A stretch of 64,000 bases of DNA from Hormiphora californensis (GCA_020137815.1 CM035358.1:5208001-5272000); one strand, 5' to 3'; shown: positions 35,861 through 49,924, counted from the first letter of the stretch. A program made the numbers and translations. Notes: a model not told the origin generated them from the letters alone.

Positions 35861-36711
35861 GTAGAGGAAAAACTGCCCAAAAATAAGCCAAAAAGGCAAC
35901 TAATTGTTATAAAAGCGAAAACCACTCTACCCGACTAATTTTGATACGCTGAATCCAATGAGCAACTTACGCAAGCGCTCAGAGGTGGAGAAAGTGCCCT
36001 AATTGGCCATAATTGGGTACCTGTATTTTCAGCCTGAGGCCAAAACCATAAGTACCCTTAAAATAGGAGTAAATACAAATCTGAGGGCACTAAAGTGATC
36101 AGCGTCCTCGCATTAGTGGGGGTAGGTGCCGGAATTAAGTCTCTATCTCATCTGGTTAATTGAATAATTGGATAATTAGATATGCGCATAACCGTATTTT
36201 GGCTATATGGCTATAGCCACTTAGGAATGGTTTAGAGACGTTTCATTAGTGCCATTTTGTAGGCAATGGCCAAGTTATGGGGGGTCGACGTCGTACTTTT
36301 AAGCTCTATCTTCAACCGTTTAGCCGTTATTTGGCTTTAAAGGTACTCAAAATCGGGCTTTTTACCGTTTTTCGCTCATTTTGAGTACCTTTATGCGCGT
36401 ATCTAATTATCCAATTATTCAATTAACCAGATGAGATAGAGACTTAATTCCGGCACCTACCCCCACTAATGCGAGGACGCTGATCACTTTAGTGCCCTCA
36501 GATTTGTATTTACTCCTATTTTAAGGGTACTTATGGTTTTGGCCTCAGGCTGAAAATACAGGTACCCAATTATGGCCAATTAGGGCACTTTCTCCACCTC
36601 TGAGCGCTTGCGTAAGTTGCTCATTGGATTCAGCGTATCAAAATTAGTCGGGTAGAGTGGTTTTCGCTTTTATAACAATTAGTTGCCTAAATTTTTCAGT
36701 TTTTCCTCTAC
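35861..36711. mobile_element. Foldback MITE with ~290-bp inner arms
   Basis: TA-flanked GTAGAGGAAAAACTG...CAGTTTTTCCTCTAC; arms ~35895-36190 and 36395-36687. Confidence 0.8.
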
Positions 36712-37337
36712 TATTTTGTGTTGTTGATGTTCATTGGAGCCTGGCCTAGCTATTTATTAGTTAATTTACAATGAAATGTGTGTAATAGAACTGTATTTTG
36801 GACGACTTAAATTGTTTAAATTAATAGTTTGACTTTGAGCTCAATTGAGCTCCTTTTGGCTAAATTTCGCTCTTATTTCTTTGTTTTACATCCAATTTCA
36901 TTAATAAAAAATTTACGGGCTCCACTGACCAACTGCCTTGACATTATAAGTCAATTTTTAACATCACGTGGTCAGCACGTGGTCAGCAGTGTGTTTTGCC
37001 ACGCGCAAATACAGTGCCGCGCACAAAATGGATTGCGCGGCGCGATGCCTCGGTATAATACGGTGGCAGATTCTTAGTGGAGAGCGCAGCTCCAGACCGC
37101 GCAATTCCAAGCCGCGCATTTTGTTCTTGTTTGCGCGCGCTCTGCCACTTGTTCGTCCGTACTCGAGCCAAACCAAAAATTTTTCATTTCCACTTCGGTG
37201 GATTCTGAGAGGTTCGATCCGGACGGACGCTCTGTGCGATTTCGATGTTCTTTCTTTGTATTCTGTTTTATTAGTGCCGTTCTTGATTCCAAAGTTATAA
37301 ATTCATCTTTACCCAAAATTTAGCTACTTTTTTATGT

Positions 37338-37777
37338 TTATCGTTGAGAGAAATTTTTGAAAAAGCTTGAGCAGCCTTGAGCCTTGACCAAATGCCTGGA
37401 TAAACAATTTGTCACTGTTAAAACTGTTTTAACTACGTTTTTGCTAGTTGTGTTGTAAACCTTCTTTAAGGTGTAATAGCTCTCACACGCACCGCCGAAC
37501 TGTTCAAAAAGTCCTTCTATGGCCATTATTGAGCCAATCAATCAGGGAAGCAGGAAGCTTTAGATTTGTACCTCTTGTTCCCCGATCCCAGGGATGTCGC
37601 GGCCTGCTCTAGCGTGTCGTCAGAAAAACGTTTCAGTTTTTTAACGTTAGTGTTGTGGAGAACAGTAGGGCTGTAGGCATCGATCAGTCTCTTTACCTTA
37701 GCGTTAGCAGTGTCGTCATCACGCAGCTCCTTGAGTCTACGTTTCTGCTTCTCCACTTGATCACAATCGTCAACCAT
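37338..37777 (-). pseudogene. Frameshifted ORF remnant, possibly the N-terminus of a non-LTR retrotransposon ORF1
   Basis: Two overlapping short ORFs with protein-like composition; the family assignment is from recall only. Confidence 0.3.
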
Positions 37778-39127
37778 TTTGGCTCAAATTAATTTGTTTA
37801 AAGTAGTGTTGAAAAGTTTGAAACTTTTTGAAATTTGGATTTTTTTAGTATAATCAAAACTTGTGTTTCAATTTAATTTTTGAAACGTTAGAGCACTGGC
37901 AAACCTGTACCTCCTCCGCATTTATCACTTACCTGTCGTTCAATTTAACGAATTGTGCTAGTGTGCTATACATTTCGATATCTCTCGAAATCTTTTGCGA
38001 GTGGAGATTTTCGTCATAAAATAATTTGAGTGTATTCTTTTTTCAATATAATTAATTGAAGCTTCTAAAGTAAACAACACCCACTGCACCATTGTTTGAA
38101 AAATACAGTTGCCTGAAAACCACCACCTCTGATACATATAGAATCAAAACCCAGACATGACAATGATCCATCAGAACCATTTTTCATAAACCAAGTGAGT
38201 TGTCTCGATCGCAGGATATTCTAGTAACAACTGTTTTTACATCTTTCTACACCAATGTCGCAACATTATCCTCTACAATATATAGTACATAACGTTCTGC
38301 ACGCAGTGCAAGCGCGCCATATACGCTCTGCACTGCAGAGCGTATATGGAGGTGAAATGCACGACAGCGGAGCTGGAGTGCATTTCACATCTATATTGCA
38401 CGAGTGAAACGAGTGCGATATAGAGCGCTTGCACATGCCGTGCAGGACGTTATTGAGTATATATTCCGCGAGAAAACACATGACAAGCAAAACAATCATA
38501 ATTTTGGGTGATTACACACAGAGAGATGTGACAAAACAAGATACAAACTAAGCAAAACTAGACAAAAATACACTTCTACACCGGTTACACACAAGGGAGA
38601 GAAGGTCTGATAGTTTGAAACAGTGAAAAGAAGAGAGAGATAAAGAGAGAGAGATGCGAGAGAGGGAGATTGGAATTCTTGGAAATAGCAAACAACAAAA
38701 CGTGTAAGGGGATAATTAGTGAGAGAAAGAGGGAGAGTGAGTGTAAAATGGCAGACTGTGTGTCGTGTAGTATCTTGTCAGTCATATTCTGTGTGTTTTT
38801 GTGTGAATAAGGTGTAAAAACACATTTCTCACTTATATCCCGCTACCTCTATATCTGCACGCTCCCGCGGAAGCACAGTGCATATTTCAGCGTGCAAATG
38901 GTCGCGCACAGCGGGAGTGATATGTGCACTCGCGGTATATATATAACTATCTTTGCGCTACCCAGGTGCCAACTGATATATGATAAACACAGGAATAAAG
39001 ACCAAGCTTCTACAACGTCCATGGCTAGGCAGGATTGCTATAGAACGTGGACTACAGTGAACACTCACACAACCAATACTAAGCTAGAGGTGAATTATTG
39101 CAGTAATACTACAGTAATAGTAATATT

Positions 39128-39455
39128 TTCCCTTCCCTTGGCCTTCTCTTCCCTTGGCCTTCCCTTCCCTTGGCCTTCCCTTCCCTTGGCCTTCCCTTCC
39201 CTTGGCCTTCCCTTCCCTTGGCCTTCCTTCCCTTGGCCTTCCCTTCCCTTCCCTTGGCCTTCCCTTCCCTTCCCTTCCCTTCCCTTCCCTTCCCTTCCCT
39301 TCCCTTCCCTTCCCTTCCCTTCCCTTCCCTTCCCTTCCCTTCCCTTCCCTTCCCTTCCCTTCCCTTCCCTTCCCTTCCCTTCCCTTCCCTTCCCTTCCCT
39401 TCCCTTCCCTTCCCTTCCCTTCCCTTCCCTTCCCTTCCCTTCCCTTCCCTTCCCT
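39128..39455. repeat. (CCCTT)n microsatellite with a 16-bp higher-order variant
   Basis: Direct reading. Confidence 0.95.
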
Positions 39456-39976
39456 TTTCCTTTCTCTTTTCCTTTCATTTCAAAACTCTGCCTATACGTA
39501 ACTCCCCATCCTTCTCCCTGCTGCAGGTTCAGTTGATTGGAAATGGGGGTAGGGCACTCAGACTACCCACACGAGTTAGGTAGCTCATTATTGATCCCAC
39601 TAAACAGATGATATATAATAGGAGATGTTGTTACCTTTACTGTTGACCATAACAACACCGAGTGTTCCACTGGAGGAGTTCTTATACAGGGTAACTTATC
39701 AGGATTGACTGTCAAGGCTTTTTAATCGTCAAAGCTCTGTTATACCAAAATCTTGTTTTACACGTTTTCCCTCCCCTTCAGGACTTCACACTGCGCTATC
39801 AGAACGGACCAGTAATAATCGAGAGTTACTACTACACCCCTAACCATGTGGCTGCTGGTTGATCCAAGTTCGTTGGGGATAGATGAGATCTGGTTGATAT
39901 AGGTGACTGTGTGGGGCTGTGGCTAGTGTTACTGTCAGTTATGTCAGGGTGGTCCTGTTGAGAAAAACCACGCCCC

Positions 39977-40043
<67 letters not shown>

Positions 40044-40445
40044 AGTTGGTCCACCTGCCACCACCTCCAATCGGTTTCCCCCGGGCAACGGGGTCACACG
40101 GAGTACCTTTTTCCCCATCCCCTTTTCCCCCTGTTCGATTTCCAGGTCCGTGTGGCCGCGGCTGAGCGTGGCTGTGTATCAGAAATACGGAAAAAAATCA
40201 GAAAATACAAAATACAAAAACATCTTCTTGGCTAGGTGGCCCACAGTGTATCATCGCCAACTATTACGTTCCTACCCCGCCTTCTCCGGCTCAGGGTTAC
40301 CAGTGGAACAGGCATCTTCCAGCCAACTGTGGACCCCCAACGCCCCTTTATCCACTAACCCGCTAACCAATACTGTTTTTGTTCTACTGGCCCCCCTAAC
40401 CCACTTCTTCCATTTTTGATAGGGTTCTACATCGGAGATGATTCT

Positions 40446-41090
40446 TTGGAATGGGGTGGCTGTCCTCTCTGGAGCGGGGTCAGTTGTCCTTACTGGAGCG
40501 GGGTCAGCTGTCCTCTCTGGAGCGGGGTAGCTGTCCTCTCTGGAGCGGGGTCAGCTGTCTTTACTGGAGCGGGGTCAGCTGTCCTTACTGGAGCGGGGTC
40601 AGCTGTCCTCTCTGGAACGGGGTGGCTGTCCTCTCTGGAACGGGGTCAGCTGTCTTTACTGGAGCGGGGTCAGCTGTCCTTACTGGAGCGGGGTCAGCTG
40701 TCCTCTCTGGAACGGGGTGGCTGTCCTCTCTGGAACGGGGTCAGCTGTCTTTACTGGAACGGGGTCAGCTGTCCTCTCTGGAGCGGGGTGGCTGTCCTCT
40801 CTGGAACGGGGTCAGCTGTCTTTACTGGAACGGGGTTAGCTGTCTTTACTGGAACGGGGTCAGCTGTCCTTACTGGAACGGGGTCAGCTGTCTTCTCTGG
40901 AGCGGGGTGGCTGTCTTCTCTGGAACGGGGTCAGCTGGCTTCTCTGGAACGGGGTCAGCTGGTTTTTCTGGAACGGGGTCAGCTGGCTTCTCTGGAGCGG
41001 GGTCAGCTGGCTTCTCTGGACCGGGGTCGGCTGTCTTCTCTGGAACGGGGTCAGCTGGCTTCTCTGGAACGGGCTGGCTGTCCTCTCTGG
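40446..41090 (+). repeat. 23/24-bp minisatellite (TGGA(A/G)CGGG|GTCAGCTGTCCTCTC), ~27 copies
   Basis: Direct reading; starts at a putative donor after a small exon-like segment at 40423-40452. Confidence 0.9.
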
Positions 41091-42740
41091 CTCGACATGT
41101 AATCATCATCCATTTGTATTAATTTATTATTTTTTTCGCTCGAACCCGTTCCTGCTTGTTTTAGGCTGCCTTAGATTCAGACGGTTTGCTTCTTCAGTTC
41201 CATATAAGTTGTCTCTTCTTAGAATTCATTGTAGCAGATTGGGCTTCTTTGCAGAAAGTTTAGGAGGTCTTGTGCTCCGTCACCATGAGCTTTAATCCCA
41301 CTTTACTTCCCCCTTTTTAATATCATCCCCTTTACTTAACCCATATGTACATTGTTAAATTTACCCGTATGTACATTGTTCTACCTACCCTACCTTTACT
41401 CCGCAGGCCCTCCGGGCCCTCAGATCCAACAGGATCCGGGTCCGGGGGATTTAACCCTGCTCTCGCATGGGGCCTCACGGCCCCATGTGGGAGTGGTGCG
41501 TGTAGTGGACCGAGAGAGAGAGCGGGAGAGAGCGGGAGAAAGAGAGAGGGGTGGGTACTGGATACTGGGTAGTGAGAGAAACCTTCTCCAAATCGTGTCT
41601 CATATCGTCTAACACTCCAAATTTAAGCTTTCCAAAATATATTTATTAAACTCTTTTGGGTGGGTGGTATTCAAGAGGTTACACTGACTCATCGTTATTC
41701 CCTGGCTCTACCCTCTTTGCGTGTGCCCGCCCTCTTTTACAAATTTAAACGAAGGTTATAACGTCGTTATGGGTCTCATGCAGCATGCTGAGAATTTAGA
41801 TATAGGGATGCCAACCTACTCAGTACTCTTGACATCATATCTATAACCCACACACTCAATTCCAGGTGTTCAACGGTTGATTGTCCTTCTCAAAAATAGT
41901 CCATCAGAGGATAACTAATATCTCATACATCAACAGCTACAGCTGCAGGTGGAACAGGAAAGGAAGCAGTGAATCACTGTCAGTGATCGATGGGAAAAGG
42001 GGTTATGTTGCATGTCGCGCCCCTCTGTTCACAGCCGAGTGGTTATGGCATCGACATTATAAGGTGAGAGCAACCAGTGGTAGATTATGCTTTATAGTTC
42101 TCTATATTTTAGTTGACAAATGACAAGTCAAAATATTTTAATTCTCTAATTATTTTCTCTCACCCTACCTGCTAGCTACCATTCTATGAATCCTCAATCC
42201 ACCCTCAGTAGCTACTAGCTGTCACTCTCTCGCTCTGGTTCTATCTACCTCTCTCCGCCTCTCTCAATCTCCTCTCTCTCTCTTTCGTTGTATGTAGCTG
42301 TAGTACGGGATAAGATCTCGCGTATGTGATCCTATCCTTCTAGTTGTGGGTGGTTGTGTTGCAGGACCGGATCACTCGAATGTGATGTTAGGTTTTATCA
42401 GTTGTTTAGCAGACATAAACCCTGGCCCCTGCCCTTACTCAACAACCGCCCATAGTAATCTCTGGCAACCGTTTATCTTCCCTGGGTGGTATTAATTCCA
42501 CAACCTTCTTTTTTCATTTTTGGTGACCCCCCGAAATTTATAAAACTTTCCTAGTAACCCTGTAGGCCCGGCCCTGGCCCCTGCGGCCCGAACAACATGA
42601 CACTTGCTATTCCCAAGATAGCAGATATAATATATAACATATATTCTCTCTACAGATAACGTTACGATTAGTCGAACACGGAACACTGTCCCATCTTTAC
42701 CAACCCTCTTTTTTACCCTCTAACACCCCTTCCCTCTCAG

Positions 42741-43168
42741 GAAAGAGATCTTGAAGAGGAACAGCCCGGCCCAGCAGCCAAGAGATCTCAGCTGGAAGCT
42801 ATGACCCAGACTGATAAGGAGATCACATCTCGACCTGAAGCTGATGATGTGGAGGATTACTGTGATAAGGTGCCCGATAAGGTTTGTGTCCAGCTCTATC
42901 CTCTAAAATCCCAGTTAGGTTGTTTTTCTCAATCGCCTAACTGCTAATTTACACTCTCGTGTACTGGTATAGCCCATGTTATATCTAATCACTTAACACC
43001 TGCTATCTGAACCGAAACCCCAGTTTCTATCTATCTCACACCAACACCCCTAACTCACCCCCTGATTAACCAGGCCCTAACACCCCATCTCCTCCTCTCC
43101 AGGATCACTCAGAGCCGGAATTTGACTTTGGAGTTGACTGTAACAAACTGCACCACATGTTACTATGA
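42741..43168 (+). CDS. Last two exons (42741-42881, 43103-43168) of an uncharacterised gene; upstream exon-like pieces at 38140-42390 not resolved
   Basis: Good acceptors/donor; phase-0 join ERDLEEEQPGPAAKRS...VPDK|DHSEPEFDFGVDCNKLHHMLL*. Confidence 0.4.
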
Positions 43169-43874
43169 CGGCGACTGTGGCCTGTGGGTGCTGTTGTGAT
43201 GTATGTTGTGATGTCAGGACATTGAAACAGAATATTCCTTACTCCCCTACACTGTATATATATATATATATATGTATATCATCTACTGACTGCAGTATTG
43301 ATCCAGCTCTATTTTGGCTGTTTACATGGAATAGGAATAACAGTGAATGGACTCATAAACAATACCGAACATGTCTATTATTACCCCTGTTATTAGAAGG
43401 AGAATACAGAGCGGAATTTTCATTATAGAGTGTTTTGACTATCGAGCTGACCTAAAAATGCCATCCTTTCATTGATGTTTTCTGTTTTATTGCGGCTCAG
43501 TGCCACTACCCACTGCGGTAGTTTTGATAAATTGGTCTACTTTCTAACTGTTGTTCATAGGACACCATTGTATGATATACCTTCCCCACGGCCAGCTCTA
43601 TATTGTATTACCATGTTGGGACTCTCAAGTCCCATATTTCCGTTTAACTTACTATCTCAATGGTGTCCTGCAAGTTTCCAAGGCGACCGGCCACTTTTGG
43701 TGACAAAATCCATTTTCAGTCACACTCACAAACAGTCCGAACGAACTAACACGTACCGCGCGAAAAAAGCGCTCAGCGCGCGGGAGAGAGTGCCACTGTC
43801 AGCTCAATCTCCGATGTCGGCGACGGTCGCCGACGTCGGGCGCGCACAACGATGGAGCAAGGATCCCCACTATC

Positions 43875-44817
43875 TGGCCAAGTGTTTTTTCAATCAAGTG
43901 AAATATTTTTGTTTGAAGTTTTATAAAAATTTTATTTCAAAATAAAAATAAACATGTCGTTAAAATTATTGGCCGGAATCTGCCACGCGGGTGGCAGATT
44001 CCGGCCAAGATTCTCAAAAAACCTTGGCCAGAATCTGCCACGCACGTGGCAGATTCTGGCCAACCAACTAAAACTTGTTTATATCAAAGCGAAAACCACT
44101 GTACCCGACTAATTTTGATACGCTGAATCACGTAAGATACTTTTCCAATCCCTCAGAGGTCGGAAAAGTGTCATAATTGACCATAATTGGGTCTAATTGA
44201 CCCCACTTACAACTTTTCACCTTGAAACGATAGACGCTTATGTGAAGGCACTTTTCCGACTAATTTTGATACGCTGAATCACGTAAGCAACTTTTCCAAG
44301 TCCTCCGAGGTCGGGAAAATGCCTTAATTGGGTATAATTGGGTCTAATTAGCCTTAATTGCTCAATTAGGGCACTTTGCCGATCTCTGAGGACTTGGAAA
44401 AGTTGTTTACGTGATTCAGCGTATCAAAATTAGTCGGAAAAGTGCCTTTACATAAGCGTCTATCGTTTTAAGGTGAAAAGTTGTAAGTGGGGTCAATTAG
44501 ACCCAATTATGGTCAGTTATTACACTTTCCCGACCTCTGAGGGATTGGAAAAGTATTTTACGTGATTCAGCGTATCAAAATTAGTCGGATACAGTGGTTT
44601 TCGCTTTGATATAAACAAGTTTTAGTTGGTTGGCCAGAATCTGCCACGTGTGTGGCAGATTCTGGCCAAGGTTTTTTGAGAATCTTGGCCGGAATCTGCC
44701 ACTCGCGTGGCAGATTTCGGCCAATAATTTTATCGACATGTTTATTTTTATTTTGAAATAAAATTTTTATAAAACTTCAAACAAAAATATTTCACTTGAT
44801 TGAAAAAACTCTTGGCC
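43875..44817. mobile_element. ~940-bp foldback element (left end apparently truncated)
   Basis: ~470-bp inverted arms meeting near 44360; internal TTGGCC(A/G)GAATCTGCCAC...GTGGCAGATT palindromes. Confidence 0.8.
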
Positions 44818-45089
44818 GGAATCTGCCACCGTAGTATAATATTTCGCCGCGCGGCTTATATCGGGGCTGTAAAATTAATAAAAGGGGGGGGCGGCCAATA
44901 TCGGCCTTGGCATGCGCTGCAGACCCCAAGTGCGCGCGTTTTCCACGGCTTCTGTAGCATAGGCCAAATATCGGCCTTAAAATAAAATATATAATAAATT
45001 ATACAGTAGAAATCAATGGAATCAATAAATTATAATTGTGGAATTAGTCCATACGATATAAATATTCATCAGCGTCACTTCCAGCCGCC

Positions 45090-45653
45090 TTGCCCCTGCC
45101 CCGATATCCCCTAATCGATACAGTTATTGAGCGAACCATTGCAAATGAAATAACAGCGGTCCAGTCAACAGCACGGGAAGAAATAAAGAGTTTTGCTTCT
45201 ATATTGGAGAAGGAATGTGCTACTGCCCTGGCTCCGAAGAAGATTCAATCAGCGATTGTGGCTGCGTCTGAGGACCGTGGGTGTAACATCATCATCCATG
45301 GCCTGGAAGAGAGTGCTGAGCTTGAAACTCAACTAAAGTCTCTTTTTACTGAGCTTGAAGAGGCTCCGAAAATGAAATGTGTCGAGCGCTTAGGAAAGCA
45401 GTCCTCATCTGCAAGACCTGTGAAAGTCGTGCTGAGGAGCAGAGACGCTCAAATGTCAATCCTATCGAAGAAATCCCTGCTGAAAGGGAACGAAAGGTTT
45501 GGCAAAGTCTTTATCTCTCCTGATAGAACAGTAGAAGAACGAAAAGAACGGAAGAAGCTTGTTGTTGAACTGAAGGACATGGTAAAGAGGTCCCCTGGGA
45601 CACGCTACATTATCCGCGGAAAGAGGGTGTTAGAAGCACCAAGGGACACTTGA
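45090..45653 (+). mobile_element. LINE ORF1 C-terminal fragment (coiled coil + RRM-like)
   Basis: NIIIHGLEES...ERLGK...RPVKVVL...VFISPDRT.EERKERKKLV.ELK pattern of CR1/L2-type ORF1. Confidence 0.75.
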
Positions 45654-45809
45654 CAATTTATATAAACACTAGCTCATGGACTCTAATTTACCGATCAAAT
45701 AGAGAAAAACCGCTTTTGAAAGCAGGGAGATATCCGTAAAGTTTTGTCTTTTTTAAGTGTTATCTTACCAATATGCTATAAAGCGGTATATTAAATGTAA
45801 ATTGATGAT

Positions 45810-47040
45810 GATGATGATGATAAGCGCAGTCTGAGATACCGAATACAGTCCTGGCGCTCATATCCAATTTTGGAAGATTTTCGGTGGGCCAACTGTTTCA
45901 GTGTGTTCTGAAATTCTCTACCAAGTCCGCCTGATGTTGACATGACAAGTGGAGTGAACACCGCCTTCTCAACCTGGAGAACTCGTTGCAGATAAGCTTT
46001 CTTCTTCTCAGTTTCATGCTTCTCATAGATCTTCTGTATACTCTGGTTGGCATTAGACTTTACCCTTGGATTAAAAATCCTTACGTCAAAATAGGTACAG
46101 TCTAAGCTTGACCAGAGTCCACGGGTTCTGATGTCAAGGCGAGCCCCGTCTGCTGTAATGGTCCCAGCTGGAAGGACCGTCCCCCGAACGTTGAGAAGGT
46201 GAGGTTCGACCTTGGTATCGAGGCCGACAGTGCTAAGCTCTTTCGCAATAAAGTCTCTCACGTTGTCGTGCCTGTAGTTAACAAATCCTCCAAGCTTGCA
46301 GGAGATAGCATGATCGATACTGTTAGCTTCTCCGCATGTACACTGATCTGGTAGATGTTCGCCAACAAGGGGGAGATTGTACCTAGCCGAGATAGCATCG
46401 AACCATTCCTGTCGGTTTAGAGTGAAGTTAAGAGATTCAAGTGGGAGACAAGTTAGCCAGGAGGACGCACCCTTTTCGGCCAGGAGATCGAGAGTCCTCT
46501 TCTCTTCTGGTGTCGATTTTGATTTTATTTGATCGATTGCCGTCTGATGTTGATCGTTTTTCGTTCGACGCACAATGAGTTTGTTCTCTGAGTTTTTGAC
46601 ATCATCTGCAGTAAACGTATCTTCCTGGTTCAGCACAGCTGCAGACAGATTTTCAGTCATGAGTTTGGAGAAATAGTACTCGCTATCCGATGTAGCGACA
46701 GGGTTTTGAATCCCGAGTCCTCCAAATCTCGCTGGAAGAGAGAAAACTGATCGAAGTCTCTCGTTGATAACAGGTTGTCCAGTCATAGAAGGGATGAGTT
46801 GCTGCAGAATTGAATCCTCAATCGGGCCCAACTGATCAGAAATGCCTGGAGTCGTTCTCATAAGATACGACCACCGTTTAGATACTCCCATGGTGTAGGC
46901 TGTATAAGCAAGCTGAGGCTCACTGTTTGCAATCTCCGCTAGTGAGGTGATTTCTTCGGCCCACTTATCTACCTCTCTCTCAATGAACTTGTCCTGACCT
47001 TCCTTAGTTCCTATATACGATCGGGATCCCAGGTAACGTT
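45810..47040 (-). mobile_element. 5'-truncated CRE-clade-like non-LTR retrotransposon (RT thumb, CCHC, restriction-like endonuclease)
   Basis: LPARFGGLGI, GASSWLT.LPL, CTCG..DHAISC..GG..RHD, ARLDI..FDVRI, HETEKK..Y, FTPLV.STSGG.G motifs; RYLGS out of frame near 47030. Confidence 0.88.
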
Positions 47041-47059
47041 AAATCCCAGGTAACGTTAA

Positions 47060-47700
47060 ATTAATAAAATGAAATAAACGAAAATTTTGCAGCCCCCTTT
47101 CTCTCTTCGGCAGTTGAAAAGCGCTGCCTGGGCGCGATTATAATCTGGGTGCCTTGCATCGTGTTTACAGGTGCGCGCTGCCAAAAAAGTACACCTAAAA
47201 CCACTTAGACCGACTTTTTTCAAACGGCTATAGCCGCACAACCACATGGCCGATTTGAGTAAACTAAACGGTATCTGATAGAGAATCGATAGCCCTAACC
47301 CCAACCCAAACCCCAACCCTAACCCGACCCTAACAACAGCCCTAACCCGTCTCGACTGCCAAAATCGATGAATTGTTAGCAATGGAAGGCACCCAGATTT
47401 TAACGTTTTCCGCGCTGCCTTATCCCGCGCTATCGGGGGCCAGCAACGTTTGCCAACTTCGGCAGCTTCTCTTCGGCTGTTGGAAAGTGATGCCAATCGG
47501 TGTTGGGGTTAGTGAATTTTCAAAAAAAAAAAAAAAGTGAGACTTCAAAGAAATGTGGCCAGCGTTAAAATCTGGGTGTTTTGGGAGTGCTGACAAACGG
47601 TTTTTTAGGGTTAGGGCTAAAGTAGGGTTACGGTTAGGGTTGGGGTTTGGGTTGGGGTTAGGCCTTGAGTCAAGGCCCTTGACATTCCCTACCAGATAAA
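47060..47700. repeat. Repeat element with inverted degenerate telomere-like (CCCTAA/TTAGGG) tracts
   Basis: C-rich tract 47293-47349 mirrored by G-rich tract 47606-47662. Confidence 0.55.
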
Positions 47701-48121
47701 CTTTGAATCAGCCAAAACGGTTGAGTGGTTTGGCGGTTAGAGCCATTTTAGTGAATCAACTTTTTTGGCAGTGCGCACCTGTAAACAGGCCTTCAAACAC
47801 CCAGATCGTAACGGCGCCCTACAGTGTGGGCCAACTGTTTTTGCAGCGTTTAACGTTTTCATCATTTTCAACAAATTCAAGCTCCCAATTTGCCTTTTGG
47901 CATGAGTATTGACCTGTGTGCCCCGGTGCATTAGCAGTCCGCAAGTTGCATGAGACTACCAAGGTCCTAATTTTCACCTTTTTACGCTGGACTGAGTCAA
48001 GACTGCCAATTCTACACGTATAGGAGGACAATATTGACAGTGTCAAATTATTGTAAACAGATTTAATAATAATAATGATAACACGTAGTGTGCTCCATCT
48101 GCAATTGTTTATAGATGTTCA

Positions 48122-48940
48122 ATGCTCAATAAAGCGTTAAATAGAGCTCATATACAAGAGAGGGAGGCCGAAAGATACATAAGGAAGGGCGTATTCGATA
48201 AGGCCATCGAACTTGAGAGAAGTGTCCTTCGCGATTTAGAGGTAAAGTGTCGCAACGTCTTCAGCCGCTTTGTGCATCTGAGTTCTAGAATCTAGTATTC
48301 TCAATTCTGATTTCTGAACAATATCTGATACTTCAGGAAGCGCTAGGAGATTCCCAGAGTGTGCTTGCTCGAGAGGCGATACAGCTACAGCAGAAACGCC
48401 ACGCTGCAGTTCTGATTCGGATAGAAAGGAAACTCGAAAATCTCAAACAGTATGAATCACCCTTTATTTCCTTACAAAAACCGGTCGACGGAATCTGCCC
48501 AACTCAAACTGATCCTAACTTTCCTATAATATTTAAAATAAACATCACACATCCATCTATATTAGCATCAGATTAGATAAGATATTAGATTTGATACAGT
48601 TTCTTTCAGGTTGAGAGCGAAAGCATCAGAAGCGACTGATATGTCGGAGATACCAGATTTTGGTGGAAAATCAGCTCCTGTCCTAGGGACACCCACATCA
48701 TCCTTCTCCGCACCATCAACAGATAAAGACAGAATGATTGCAAAGTTGCAGGAAGAGGTGGTCCGTTTACGGAGTCAACTTGACCAGTTTAGGCAGGAGA
48801 ATCACCAACTGAAACAACGAGTAATGGAGTTAGAGGGGTCGAGTATGATTAGTGCTCAACCGAGTTTAGCATCAATTGAAGGAGCATCAGAAGACTTTAC
48901 CCTGACACCCCTTGAGCGACCTCAGTTTACAAATTGGTAG
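48122..48940 (+). CDS. NRBF2: Nuclear receptor-binding factor 2 (MIT + coiled coil; Atg38 homolog); exons 48122-48241, 48337-48449, 48610-48940
   Basis: ALNRAHIQEREAERYIRKGVFDKAIE...EAL..SQS.LAREAIQLQQKRH matches the NRBF2 MIT domain; DKDRMIAKLQ coiled coil; LTPLERPQF tail. Confidence 0.85.
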
Positions 48941-48969
48941 TATTTTGCTTTGCTCGACCCTCTTTCTCT

Positions 48970-49682
48970 TTGGTAACGAAGTTACCCCTCCCTTGCCGGC
49001 GCGCAAAGCGCACCAAACGAAGGCCGCGATGCGGCCTGAGTTAGGGGTAACAAACCCGCTTTGATTCACTTCAAAAATTAATAGCTCCTCAACCACTCAA
49101 TGAAAATGCACCAAATTTTGGTATTCCCCACCAAATTGTCTGAAAATTATAATTCTGTACTCATATTTGAAAAATTTTCCCCGGAACCTTGGTTTTGAAA
49201 TCAGTTTTAGGTGTTAATGATGAAAAAAATTTTTGAAAAAGTAGGTCAGGTATGCTTAACATCATATTAAAGATCGTGGCAAAGTTTGAAGTTTCTATCT
49301 TCAAAGGTCTGGCCATCAAAATTAAAAAGGTCTTGAAGTTGAACCATTTGTACAAAACATGTTGTAACTCAGCTTCTACTTTGCCAAATTAAACTTGGTT
49401 TGAAACACTGAACTGCTAATCTATCCCTCCGAATACGGACGAAGTTTGAAACCGCCAGCTCTATTGGCCGCTCTGCAATACTTGTTTGTGTCAAAGAAAT
49501 CAGGAAAGTAACGAGATTTGGTCTCGGTGTGGCCCTGTGCGCGGCTCAAACCCCTTAGGCTAGAACTATGTAGTGTAGACTACAACTTTTCAGTGCTCAG
49601 TATAACGTTTTGGGCGCGTTATAAAAATAGGGCAAGCGCTTCTGATACCTCTAAACAGAGTGTGAGGTGTCTTCGATACCAA
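48970..49682. mobile_element. 713-bp long member of the TTGGT...ACCAA family
   Basis: Ends TTGGTAACGAAGTTACCCCT and AGGTGTCTTCGATACCAA nearly match the 11644 element; 8-bp TSD CTTTCTCT. Confidence 0.8.
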
Positions 49683-49924
49683 CTTTCTCTGCGCTCCGGA
49701 GTAGTTTTGTGGATTAAACAAAGACGCAAAAAAATGTGTGAAGCTGGTCAGGGTGGTAATTTTGTAATTATTATTGGGGGGATAATTGTATGTTTTATTG
49801 TGTGTGTTTTATTATATATTGCTCTAGCGTGTGAGTCTTGATTTTTTTGGATGACGATCGATATTAGGTTTAGTAGGTCTCATCCTTGATATTGAGAGTG
49901 TATATTGTAAACAGCAAAGACAAG

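Noticed and set aside
38892-41122. Long ORFs (FPSLP, GREGK, LERGQL repeats)
   Set aside because: Translations of micro- and minisatellites.
41406-41490. Collagen-like exon (GPPGP)
   Set aside because: Gly-X-Y periodicity is not sustained beyond two triplets.
47293-47662. Telomere or interstitial telomere (also 58645-58692)
   Set aside because: Short degenerate tracts inside dispersed repeat elements, not (TTAGGG)n arrays.
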